NCBI GenBank assembly: GCA_026419455.1
Contig: JANZZJ010000212.1
Span: 1 to 51,817 of the forward strand
Origin: Candidatus Sumerlaeaceae bacterium
GTDB lineage: Bacteria > Sumerlaeota > Sumerlaeia > Sumerlaeales > Sumerlaeaceae
DNA: 51,817 nt
Direction of reading: 5' to 3'
Each line of letters begins with the position of its first letter. Positions within the stretch are counted from its first letter, which is position 1. Both the position numbers and the translations under genes were made by a program. The notes beneath the pieces were generated by a model. The model was not told where the DNA came from, did not search any database, and saw nothing but the letters and a program-made list of their open reading frames with translations. Shown here in pieces: positions 1 through 8,419 of the stretch.

Positions 1-19
1 AGATGTGTATAAGAGACAG
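1..19. other. Tn5/Nextera mosaic-end adapter remnant (library artefact, not genomic)
   Basis: The first 19 nt read AGATGTGTATAAGAGACAG. This is identical to the Tn5 transposase mosaic-end / Nextera adapter and sits exactly at the contig edge. Confidence 0.9.
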
Positions 20-3000
20 GGGAAACAGCAACTTAGCGGCGGCAAGCCGGGAACGTCTAGTCAGCAAGGGCACCCCGCTGAGGTAAAAAAACAGGAACCG
101 AAGGATCTGGCCAAATCTAGTGAAGTCTTGAACGCGGTTCAAAATAAAAATGATCGTGTGACTGCTGCAACCGGTGGAGCAAAAACCGACAAAGTAGCTA
201 GTCAAGATAAAGCAGCGCATTCGGCTGAAGCTTCTCAACGGAGCGTGGCCAGTACTGCGGTGAGCTCTGATTCAATTGGGAAACCCACGTCCACTTCCGC
301 ATCGACCTCCAGCCAACCGTCGTCAAGCTCTCCTGGCGCGGAAGCCGTGGTTCTTAATACTTCCGTCGCTGGAACTCAGATTGCCCAAGCGCTGGGTTCT
401 AAGGCGGAAAAAGACGACACTGGAGCATCAAAAGAAGGGGCGAAGAGCAAAGAGCCAAAAGAAGAAAAGGATTCTAAATCTTCGGATAAAAAACAAAAGA
501 GCAGTGATACCCCACCTAAAGCCGATACCAAAGCATCCAGTGCCGAGGCCAAATCCCAAAAGAACGAAGGTTCTGCGAAAGAGGCAAAGCAAGAAACAGC
601 TAAGCCATCGGATCCTAAAGTGGAAGCCGATACTCTCGTTCGCGAAGCTCAGCAGTTAATGAAGCAAGGCAAGCGCGAGGAAGCAAAATCGCTCATCGAG
701 AAGGCATTGGCGAAGGACCCAACGAATGTTGAAGCGAAGGCATTAGCTAAAGAGTTTGAAGCCAAACAAACAGCCCAAGCAAAACCGGGCGAGCCTAAAG
801 GAGAGAAGCCTATTGTGCTTCCGCCACTAGGTACGGTGCAAAAGATCACAGAACCTACACCTAAAGCCCCGAAAGCGAAAACGGAAGAGGAGAAAAAGGA
901 AGCCGCCCTCCCCACCCCCGCGGTAGAAAAGGCTGCTGCTGCGAAGACGCCGGAAAGCAAAAAGGAGAGGGCCCAAACGCCGGTTGTCGCCACGAAGCAG
1001 AAAGAGGCGGAAGAGGAAAAAAAGGCTGAGAAAAAGGAGTCCATTCAGAAAGAAGCGGCAGTTGCTAAAGCGGTGGCCCCATCCGCCGGCGAACGTCGGC
1101 CGCCAGCTCGACCAGTTCCTTCTCGTGAAGAATCGGAGAAAGCCGATCAGGCCGAGGCTGCTTTCCAGAAGGGCTTGGCCGCATACCAAGACGGCCAACT
1201 CGATGTGGCAGTCCAATGGTGGAACTACGCACTCACACTTGTGCCAAACCACCCCCGGGCGTTGCAATATCTCCAGCAAACCCGTCCGGAATATGATGCC
1301 TGGGTTCAGAAACAGCAAGCCAATGCAATTGAGCTGCAAAAAGACGCTTCCACCAACACAAAGCTCGATACTCCGATCACCTTCGATACGGCAGGGCCAA
1401 AGTCCCTCACCGAATTCCTTAGCGCCTTGTCGCTCATTACTGACATTAGTTTCTATATAGCGGATGGTGTTGATCCCGAGGTTAGGATTACCGCAAAATT
1501 TGAGGATGTTCCTCTTCGCGACGCTCTCGACACTACACTTTTGCCGATCGGCCTCAAGTGGAGCCAGAGCGGGGAGGTCATCGCAGTAACTCCGGATCTT
1601 AAGACAAAGTTCTTTAATCTCACACCGGATCAGGTAGCGCGGCTTAAGACCCTTTTGGAGAACAAAACGCTGCAAAAGATACTTTACGGCCCCGAAGGGG
1701 TACCCGCTGTTAAGAACGTCGAGTTGCTTCTCGACGACCGAGAAAATGTACTTCTTGTGACTGACTCACAAGAAAATATCAATAAAGTTGAAGCCTTCCT
1801 CAAAGATATGCAGCAAGCAGGGCCGCCGGCTCTTATTTATAAGAGCTGGAAAATCCGCCCGGAGGAAGGACCAAAGATTAAGGCCCTAGTTGAAGCCATT
1901 GTTCGAGTTCAAAGTGATGCACCCTATGATTTGGAACGGAAGGTCGTTGTCGATGGCAGTGACCTTATCGTGAAGGATACGCCAGAAAACATTAGGAAGA
2001 TTGAGGAACTGCTCCTCGACAAGAACTTTATCAAGAAAATCGAAAACCAGCAATTGCAGGTGGCAACGTTTAACCTCACGCCGCGGGAGCCACTGTCGGA
2101 TAACATCGAGCAAGTCCGTGAAATGGCTCAGAACATCGTGACCGTGGTCAAGACGTTGCTCTACGCTAAAAGCAGTGAAAGCGCAGCAGCTGCCGAAGGG
2201 CGACGCTACTGGTACGATCCCAACACGTTGCAATTAACTATAGTAGATTACCCCGACAACTTGCGCATCGTTAGCGACTACATTCGGTCTCTGCCCACAC
2301 TCGGCAAGAAGCAGAAATCCGAAATTATTTTCCTCAAGCATCAAACGGCTTCAGAGATGTCAGACCTTATCAGTCGAGTACTCGGCCTGACTACACAGGA
2401 GCCGACTGGGGGAGCCGGTGCACGAGCAGGTGGGAACCAAATCACTCGTACGGTGAGTGTTAGCGGAGGGACTCCGCAGGAGATCGTCTTCCGAGATCTG
2501 CGTATGCGCGCTTCTAAGATCAACGAAAACGATGCCAATGACCGAAATGATGATAGCATAGAACTTATCATCAACACCCCGACGACGAGTGAAGAGCGCA
2601 CAATCGATGAGTACAAGAGCGAATTCGTTGATGATTATGAAATCTCGGTGCTCGAAGTGCGTCCTTCGGGAACAGCTGGTCAAGGTACAGCTAAAATTCA
2701 GATTCGTTACAACCCAGCTGCAACTGGTTTGGCAGGAGGAGGAGCCGGAGCTGGCACTCTCCAACCTGGAGCTGTGGTACCAGGCCTTGTTCCTGGTCAG
2801 GTTACGCCGACTCCGTCGCCTGAAGCACCGACCGGCCTGACTGTGGAAACGATCGATAATATGAATGCCTTATTGATTCGCTACGACGATCCAGCTGACT
2901 TTGCTGAGATAAAGAGCTACATTGAGCAGCTGGATATTCCGGTCTTGCAGGTAAGCATCGAAACAAAGCTTGTCGAGGTCAACGAGAGCAAGGCCAAAGA

Positions 3001-3889
3001 GTATATGCCTCAGTTCTCCATACTTAATCTTGGCCAACAGGGTATCGACTTCGACAATAGCTCACTCAATATGCGTTATGCACAAGATGTCGACGAATAC
3101 CGCAGTATTTTTGACCCCTTCGTTGAAGGTCCTGCAAATGCAGGTTTGTTGAAAGGAACCACCGTCTTGAATTTTATTTCCCCGGGGGAGACCCCCGTGG
3201 CGTTCACTCTGCGTATGCTCGAGGCCGAGGGAGTTGTCAATGTCGTCAATGGCCCCATGATTACTGTGGAAAATGGCGAAACGGCTGATTTCCAAATCGA
3301 ACAGCGTCTGGGAATCACGCCATTCGGGAGTAGTTTAGGGGGCGGGGCAATTACTACGGGCGGCACTACCACAGGAGGAACCACTGGCGGCGGTACCACA
3401 GGAGGAACGACAGGCGGCACCACTACGGGAGGTACGACAACGGGGGGCACAACGACCAACCAGTCTACTTCCAGTGGCGGTGGATATTCCGTTCCCACGG
3501 TCACGATGTCGGTGTCACCGCAAATCACCCAGCTGGGTGAAATTCGCCTCGAGATTTCCAACCTTGAACTTTACGATGTAGGCGGTGCGGGCGGATATGT
3601 GACCAGCCAGCGGGATGCCAACGGGAATGTATTGGCCTCCGCTATTGGTACAGATCCAGGAGCCTTTGATTTGCGGCGCCGATACCTCACGACTACAGCA
3701 CGGGTTACCGACGGGGGGACAATCGTCTTAGGGGGGTGGACTGGCGAGCGGTCGCGAAAGAGTGAATCGGGCATACCTATCTTACGCAATATCCCCTATG
3801 TTGGCAAGCTATTCTTTAACCGCACAAGCAATGTGACGGACAAGACGACCCTTCTTGTCTTCCTGACCTGTCATCTCCAGAAACCATAG
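20..3889 (+). CDS. 5'-truncated giant secretin-family outer-membrane channel (GspD/PilQ-like) with a disordered N-terminal region, a TPR-like segment, an STN-like domain and repeated secretin N-domains
   Basis: The ORF is open to the contig edge, and the track start at nt 5 lies inside the adapter. The C-terminal ~320 aa look like a secretin domain, from IPVLQVSIETKLVEV to the tail GIPILRNIPYVGKLFFNRT..TTLLVFLT. LTEFLSALSLITDISFYI..VPLRDALDTTLLPIGLKW is STN-like. AEAAFQKGLAAYQDGQLDVAVQWWNYALTLVPNHPRAL is TPR-like. The first ~390 aa are K/E/A/S/P-rich low complexity. Confidence 0.85.
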   Translation, partial: GKQQLSGGKPGTSSQQGHPAEVKKQEPKDLAKSSEVLNAVQNKNDRVTAATGGAKTDKVASQDKAAHSAEASQRSVASTAVSSDSIGKPTSTSASTSSQPSSSSPGAEAVVLNTSVAGTQIAQALGSKAEKDDTGASKEGAKSKEPKEEKDSKSSDKKQKSSDTPPKADTKASSAEAKSQKNEGSAKEAKQETAKPSDPKVEADTLVREAQQLMKQGKREEAKSLIEKALAKDPTNVEAKALAKEFEAKQTAQAKPGEPKGEKPIVLPPLGTVQKITEPTPKAPKAKTEEEKKEAALPTPAVEKAAAAKTPESKKERAQTPVVATKQKEAEEEKKAEKKESIQKEAAVAKAVAPSAGERRPPARPVPSREESEKADQAEAAFQKGLAAYQDGQLDVAVQWWNYALTLVPNHPRALQYLQQTRPEYDAWVQKQQANAIELQKDASTNTKLDTPITFDTAGPKSLTEFLSALSLITDISFYIADGVDPEVRITAKFEDVPLRDALDTTLLPIGLKWSQSGEVIAVTPDLKTKFFNLTPDQVARLKTLLENKTLQKILYGPEGVPAVKNVELLLDDRENVLLVTDSQENINKVEAFLKDMQQAGPPALIYKSWKIRPEEGPKIKALVEAIVRVQSDAPYDLERKVVVDGSDLIVKDTPENIRKIEELLLDKNFIKKIENQQLQVATFNLTPREPLSDNIEQVREMAQNIVTVVKTLLYAKSSESAAAAEGRRYWYDPNTLQLTIVDYPDNLRIVSDYIRSLPTLGKKQKSEIIFLKHQTASEMSDLISRVLGLTTQEPTGGAGARAGGNQITRTVSVSGGTPQEIVFRDLRMRASKINENDANDRNDDSIELIINTPTTSEERTIDEYKSEFVDDYEISVLEVRPSGTAGQGTAKIQIRYNPAATGLAGGGAGAGTLQPGAVVPGLVPGQVTPTPSPEAPTGLTVETIDNMNALLIRYDDPADFAEIKSYIEQLDIPVLQVSIETKLVEVNESKAKEYMPQFSILNLGQQGIDFDNSSLNMRYAQDVDEYRSIFDPFVEGPANAGLLKGTTVLNFISPGETPVAFTLRMLEAEGVVNVVNGPMITVENGETADFQIEQRLGITPFGSSLGGGAITTGGTTTGGTTGGGTTGGTTGGTTTGGTTTGGTTTNQSTSSGGGYSVPTVTMSVSPQITQLGEIRLEISNLELYDVGGAGGYVTSQRDANGNVLASAIGTDPGAFDLRRRYLTTTARVTDGGTIVLGGWTGERSRKSESGIPILRNIPYVGKLFFNRTSNVTDKTTLLVFLTCHLQKP
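3353..3457 (+). repeat. Imperfect in-frame Thr/Gly codon repeat (TTGG/TTTGG units) inside the secretin C-domain
   Basis: It translates to TTGGTTTGGTTGGGTTGGTTGGTTTGGTTTGGTTT. The codons vary synonymously (act/acc/aca/acg, ggc/gga/ggt/ggg). Confidence 0.8.
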
Positions 3890-3922
3890 CATAGTAGATT
3901 CTGCTGACAGAATACACGAATC

Positions 3923-3956
3923 GTGCACCCCAAGACTTAGGGGTGCATATTTTTTG
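3923..3956 (+). terminator. Rho-independent terminator after the secretin gene
   Basis: The stem TGCACCCC / GGGGTGCA (8 bp) has loop AAGACTTA and is followed by ATATTTTTT. It lies ~35 nt after the stop codon. Confidence 0.6.
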
Positions 3957-4379
3957 GGCAGAAGGAACGACCTTTCATAGAGAGTTCCGAGAGGGGAGTA
4001 GAGACGTCTCGCAGGAGAACTGCCGTTTGTTACAGCTCCTGCAGGAGAAATAAGGCCACCTCAATTCGAGAATTTTTCTCTCGCCGTGTGGGTTACGTCC
4101 CGCAGAGTTGGAGCTTGCGCCGGTGTGTGAGCGAGTTCGCTGCTTTGCCGTAATGCGGTTAAAGGAACATCACATGAGATTCTCACGAACACCGTTACAA
4201 TAGGTGCCGTCTTCTCTAGAAATGTCCGCAAAGCCCTTATGCGCTTGGGCTCGATCAGCCTTTTGCGTGACCGAAACTGCTTGAAGCGGATCTCAGTCAC
4301 TTGAGGGCAGAGTTCGCCGGTGCCCCAGAGGCACTCAGCTCGTCGTTTAGTGCTCGAGTTATAGGCACAACAGTATCAC

Positions 4380-4967
4380 TCAAAACTCGAGCTCGGCCGA
4401 ATGAACAAAAAGATCGGGACGCACCTTACTGCCGTCGTGTGGGTCGATGTCCTCATATCGCACGTGGAAAGCGACTGTCCCTGCTGGGATATTGGCAAGC
4501 GGATAGCGACGGGAACTCTTCCCTTTCGCTGTAAATGTTTCGAGCTCGCGCCACTGTTGAGCCGCCGGATCGTAAACCCCTACTTTTACCACCGGATGAT
4601 GATCTGCAAAGTTTGAGCCCTCGACAACGAAACGAATAGTTTTCGGTGGCTTGTCGGCTTTCAATTCACCCTTGATTGTTGCAAAATGCATAATTCGCAG
4701 CACCGTCCCACTGAGGATCTTGCAAGCATCCGTGAGCTCATAGCTTTCTGCTGTAGCTTTAGGGCCTAGCTTTTTTGCCTTCTTATCAGCCACAGTGGTG
4801 GGGCGAGGTGACTGAGTTGGCGGTTGCTGAGGTTCTAGGGTGCTCATTCGTGTTTGTGCCGCTTCATTTTTGGAGGGGGCGACGTCGGCCGCCTGCACAT
4901 TGCTCGATTTTTGGCAACCTCCTGCGGCAACGGCCAGGGCCACTACTGCAAAGACGGAACTCTTCAT
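4380..4967 (-). CDS. Lipoprotein of unknown function
   Basis: The N-terminus MKSSVFAVVALAVAAGGC has a signal peptide plus a lipobox-like AGGC. A Pro/Gln/Thr-rich linker follows, then a ~120 aa globular domain. No family was recognised. Confidence 0.6.
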   Translation of the reverse strand: MKSSVFAVVALAVAAGGCQKSSNVQAADVAPSKNEAAQTRMSTLEPQQPPTQSPRPTTVADKKAKKLGPKATAESYELTDACKILSGTVLRIMHFATIKGELKADKPPKTIRFVVEGSNFADHHPVVKVGVYDPAAQQWRELETFTAKGKSSRRYPLANIPAGTVAFHVRYEDIDPHDGSKVRPDLFVHSAELEF

Positions 4968-5177
4968 CTGTTTGCCTTTCTGCGAGGGTGAGTGTCAACT
5001 CTGGATAGCAACATTGCTGGCGTCACATTGGGCCTGGTCAACGCAGAAATTGTTTTGATACTTCTCCACTGTTACCCCACTTCGGGTAGGCAGGGTTGAA
5101 GAGAAAAACGCCCGTAATTTGGGGCGGTCGTCCACAAAACAATGGCGCAACCGTTACATTGTAAATGCAGGTTGTAA

Positions 5178-6938
5178 ATGGCCTCAAAATCGTATTCCAG
5201 AGCAAAGCAATGGCAGACTGACCAAGCCCGCATGCGCCGCTTGCGCGTCCTCTACCGTATCGCCAACCTTATCAACTCGACAACGGACGAAAGAAAAATA
5301 CTTAGGCGCGTTCTGTCGGAAACAGTTCGCGAACTCGGTGCAACAAGTGGAAGTCTTTCTCTTCTCACAGGAGAAGACCGGAACGAGCTCTGCATAGTTG
5401 TGGCTTTAGGCGACAGCTCAGGAAATGTTCGCAATGTTCGTCTCCGGGTTGGAGAAGGGATAGTCGGGAGAGTCGTTGAACTGGGGAAACCCTTGCGTGT
5501 TGACGATGTTTCAAAATCGCCATTTTATCTCGCCCTGCGACCAGAAGTCAAGTCCGAGCTCGCCGTTCCCCTTATCATCAACGGTCAAATCGCCGGCGTT
5601 ATTAACGTCGATAGCAATAGGCTAGCTGCATTTTCGCCAGAAGACGAAAAACTACTTGTCGCCATAGCCAATCAAGCGGCGAAGGTGATCCAAACGTCGC
5701 GCTTATATGAGCAGCTCGCGCAGCAAGCCTGCCGTTTGGAAGCTCTTATCACAGCCGGCCAGGCTTTGATTGCGCCGGAGCCATTGCCAAGGATTCTTCA
5801 GCGGATCACCGAAACAGTTCAACAGATGCTTAATACTCGTTTGTGCTCCATCATGCTGCTCAACGAGAAGCGCGAATTGGTTATAAGTGCCGTCTCTGGG
5901 GGAGGTCAGTCCTATACGCAACGGGCCGGACTAAGTGTGACAAATTCCTTGATCGGCCAGGTTGTCATGCGGCGTGCGCCCCTGCAGGTCCTTGATGTCC
6001 GTCGAGCCAAAGGATATCGTTACCGTTCGATGGCGCGAAAAGAACAACTCGTTTCTCTTCTCTCTGTTCCCATTCTCTTCCAGCAGGCCCCAATTGGGAT
6101 CATTAATATCTACAGTTCTAAGCCCCGGCGTTTTTCGGACGAAGAAATCCGTCTTCTGAATGCATTCGCCTCCCTGTGCGGGGTAGCAATTGAAAACGCT
6201 CGTCGTTATGAGTCACTTGTTCAGGCGGAAGATAATCTTCGTCAGGCAGATCGTCTCACCACCCTTGGTGTGTTGAGCGCTGAAATTGCGCACGAGATTC
6301 GCAACCCCGTTTCAATCATTTCCATGCTTGTTCACTCCCTCCTGGAGGACAACGCAGTGCTGCCGCACCGCAGGCGCGATCTTTCTATCATATCTGCAAA
6401 ATTGCAAAGAATATCGCGAATCGTGGAACAGGTATTGACCTTCTCCAAACACCAGGAGCCGCGTTATGAATGGGTCTCGCTGGAGGAGGTGACTCATGAT
6501 CTAACCTTTATGCTGAGCCACACGCTTGCTACAAAGTCCATTGCGTTCCATTGGAGTGCTCCAAAGAAGCTTCCGAAGGTCTTCATGGATCGGGGCCATC
6601 TAGAACAGATCCTAATGAACGTTTTTCTGAATGCCATTCAAGCAATGCCCGGAGGGGGAAAACTCGACGTACGTGTCCGTGTAGCATCTCCAAGTCAGGG
6701 AGTGCCATACCTGCGCATCGAGATAACCGATACTGGAGCAGGAATTCCCCAAGAGATAATCCCCGAAATTTTTCAGCCTTTTGTAACCTCGCGGAGAGAG
6801 GGGGTTGGTTTGGGACTATTTGTATGCCAAAAGTTGCTTGCTCAGTACGGCGGAAAGATAGAAGTTTCGAAGACAGGTCCCCATGGTACAACGATCGCCA
6901 TTCACTTACCGGTGGAGGGTAAATCTGCTCAGTCATGA
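5178..6938 (+). CDS. Soluble sensor histidine kinase with two GAF domains (GAF-GAF-HisKA-HATPase_c)
   Basis: The H-box is LSAEIAHEIRNPV. The ATPase motifs are LEQILMNVFLNAIQAM, ITDTGAGIP and GVGLGLFVCQ. Two GAF-like segments are present (GEGIVGRVVELGKPLRVDDV and SLIGQVVMRRAPLQVLDV). No transmembrane segment is visible. Confidence 0.9.
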   Translation: MASKSYSRAKQWQTDQARMRRLRVLYRIANLINSTTDERKILRRVLSETVRELGATSGSLSLLTGEDRNELCIVVALGDSSGNVRNVRLRVGEGIVGRVVELGKPLRVDDVSKSPFYLALRPEVKSELAVPLIINGQIAGVINVDSNRLAAFSPEDEKLLVAIANQAAKVIQTSRLYEQLAQQACRLEALITAGQALIAPEPLPRILQRITETVQQMLNTRLCSIMLLNEKRELVISAVSGGGQSYTQRAGLSVTNSLIGQVVMRRAPLQVLDVRRAKGYRYRSMARKEQLVSLLSVPILFQQAPIGIINIYSSKPRRFSDEEIRLLNAFASLCGVAIENARRYESLVQAEDNLRQADRLTTLGVLSAEIAHEIRNPVSIISMLVHSLLEDNAVLPHRRRDLSIISAKLQRISRIVEQVLTFSKHQEPRYEWVSLEEVTHDLTFMLSHTLATKSIAFHWSAPKKLPKVFMDRGHLEQILMNVFLNAIQAMPGGGKLDVRVRVASPSQGVPYLRIEITDTGAGIPQEIIPEIFQPFVTSRREGVGLGLFVCQKLLAQYGGKIEVSKTGPHGTTIAIHLPVEGKSAQS

Positions 6939-8419
6939 CTGAGGTAAGGCCAAAGTTGCTGGTTGTGGATGATGAACCCGACGTCATTTTCTCCTTTCGG
7001 CGTCTTTTGGGGAAAGAATATGAAATACTCGAAGCGAACTCCGGTGACGAAGCCGTGAAAGTCGTGGAGGCTGAGGACCCGGAGGTTGTCGTCATGGATG
7101 TGCGCATGAAAGGGCTGGATGGCATTGAGGCACTGCGCCAAATTCGTCAGATTTCCCCTCGCACTGTTGTCATTCTCATGACGGCGTATGGAACCACTCA
7201 GAGTACGATTGAAGCGATGAAGCTAGGTGCCTTTGATTATGTCCTCAAACCTTTTGAGATTGATCATCTTCGGCAAATTCTTGCCCATGCCGTGCGTGCT
7301 GCCTTGGATATGCGGCGAGTTGTCCGTTATCAAAGGCCTAGCGAGCCGGAACGATGGGAAAAGGATGATATTGTGGGGCTTAGCAGGCCGATGCAGGAAG
7401 TGTACAAACTCATCGGTCGCGTGGCTCCCAGTGATCTGCCTGTTCTTATTGTCGGCGAAAGTGGCACCGGTAAAGAGCTGGTGGCCCGAGCTATCTATCA
7501 GCACAGCAATCGCAAGGAGAAACCGTTTTTAGCCATTAATTGCGCGGCCATCCCCGACCAGCTTCTTGAGAGTGAACTGTTTGGCTATGAACGTGGAGCT
7601 TTCACAGGAGCTGCGATGCCTAAACCCGGCAAGCTCGAGGTCTGCGATGGTGGAACCATTTTTTTGGATGAAATTGGCGAAATGCCCTTGGCTACCCAGA
7701 AAAAACTTTTGCGGGTCCTTGAATCTGGGGAAATTGAGAAGGTTGGCAGTACACGCGCCACGCGGGTTGATGTGCGGGTCATCGCAGCAACTAATCGCGA
7801 TCTGGAAGCCCTCGTTGCTCGCGAAGAATTTCGATCGGATCTCTATTACCGCCTTAAGGTTGTTGAAATTAGGATGCCACCGTTACGGGAAAGGCGAGAA
7901 GACATTCCTTTGTTGGTCGACTATTTCTTGGAAATCGCTTCACGTGAGCTGCTGAGGGAGAAACCGCAACTCACGAGCGACGCAATGGAAGTGCTCCAGG
8001 AGTACCACTGGCCTGGTAATGTCCGAGAGCTCGAAAATCTTATTAAGAACACTCTCATCCGTCATCCCACCAGAGTTCTTAATGCATCCGAAATAGTCGG
8101 GCAGCTTGGTTCTACCTCGGTCGCCAAGCCGGTTGGCGATATCTCGATGGCGGCATCCGCCGAACCCGAGGTACTGCCTGGCCCTGGATTGGACGATGTT
8201 CATGTGCGAGCTATATTTGAGAAAATAAAGGATTCGCATCCGTTACCCCCAGGGTTTGACACTTTCGATCTTATTGAAAGACGTTTACTTGAGCTCGCCC
8301 TCCGCCATTGCCGCGGCAATAAGTCGCAGGCAGCACGGTTGTTGGGAATTAGCCGAAACACAGTACGTAAACGTGTCGAAAAATATGGGCTCCAGCACCT
8401 TGTGAGTGGCGAAGAATGA
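6935..8419 (+). CDS. Sigma-54-dependent response regulator (NtrC family: receiver, AAA+, Fis-type HTH)
   Basis: The receiver domain is KLLVVDDEPDV..VVMDVRMKGLDG. Walker A is GESGTGKE and the sigma-54 contact loop is GAFTGA. The C-terminal HTH is NKSQAARLLGISRNTVRKRVEKYG. Its start overlaps the kinase stop in ATGA. Confidence 0.92.
   Translation: MTEVRPKLLVVDDEPDVIFSFRRLLGKEYEILEANSGDEAVKVVEAEDPEVVVMDVRMKGLDGIEALRQIRQISPRTVVILMTAYGTTQSTIEAMKLGAFDYVLKPFEIDHLRQILAHAVRAALDMRRVVRYQRPSEPERWEKDDIVGLSRPMQEVYKLIGRVAPSDLPVLIVGESGTGKELVARAIYQHSNRKEKPFLAINCAAIPDQLLESELFGYERGAFTGAAMPKPGKLEVCDGGTIFLDEIGEMPLATQKKLLRVLESGEIEKVGSTRATRVDVRVIAATNRDLEALVAREEFRSDLYYRLKVVEIRMPPLRERREDIPLLVDYFLEIASRELLREKPQLTSDAMEVLQEYHWPGNVRELENLIKNTLIRHPTRVLNASEIVGQLGSTSVAKPVGDISMAASAEPEVLPGPGLDDVHVRAIFEKIKDSHPLPPGFDTFDLIERRLLELALRHCRGNKSQAARLLGISRNTVRKRVEKYGLQHLVSGEE

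Noticed and set aside
827-1675. A 282-aa reverse-strand ORF, and other long antisense ORFs (649..1044, 1886..2233, 2360..2764), inside the secretin gene.
   Set aside because: They mirror the low-complexity, purine-rich coding strand and have no recognisable motifs. The forward frame carries clear secretin-family features.
3076-3561. A reverse ORF encoding a VVPP repeat (VVVPPVVVPPVVVPPVVPP..).
   Set aside because: It is simply the complement of the Thr/Gly codon repeat in the secretin gene and is not an independent gene.
4061-4300. A 79-aa basic reverse ORF (GTG start) in the large non-coding gap.
   Set aside because: It has no Shine-Dalgarno sequence upstream, no recognisable family and an arbitrary-looking composition. 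I kept it only as part of the gap finding.
5003-5019. A sigma-54-like element, TGGATAGCAACATTGCT, upstream of the kinase gene.
   Set aside because: The GG-to-GC spacing is one nucleotide longer than the essentially invariant -24/-12 spacing, and the -24 box is poor (TGGATA).
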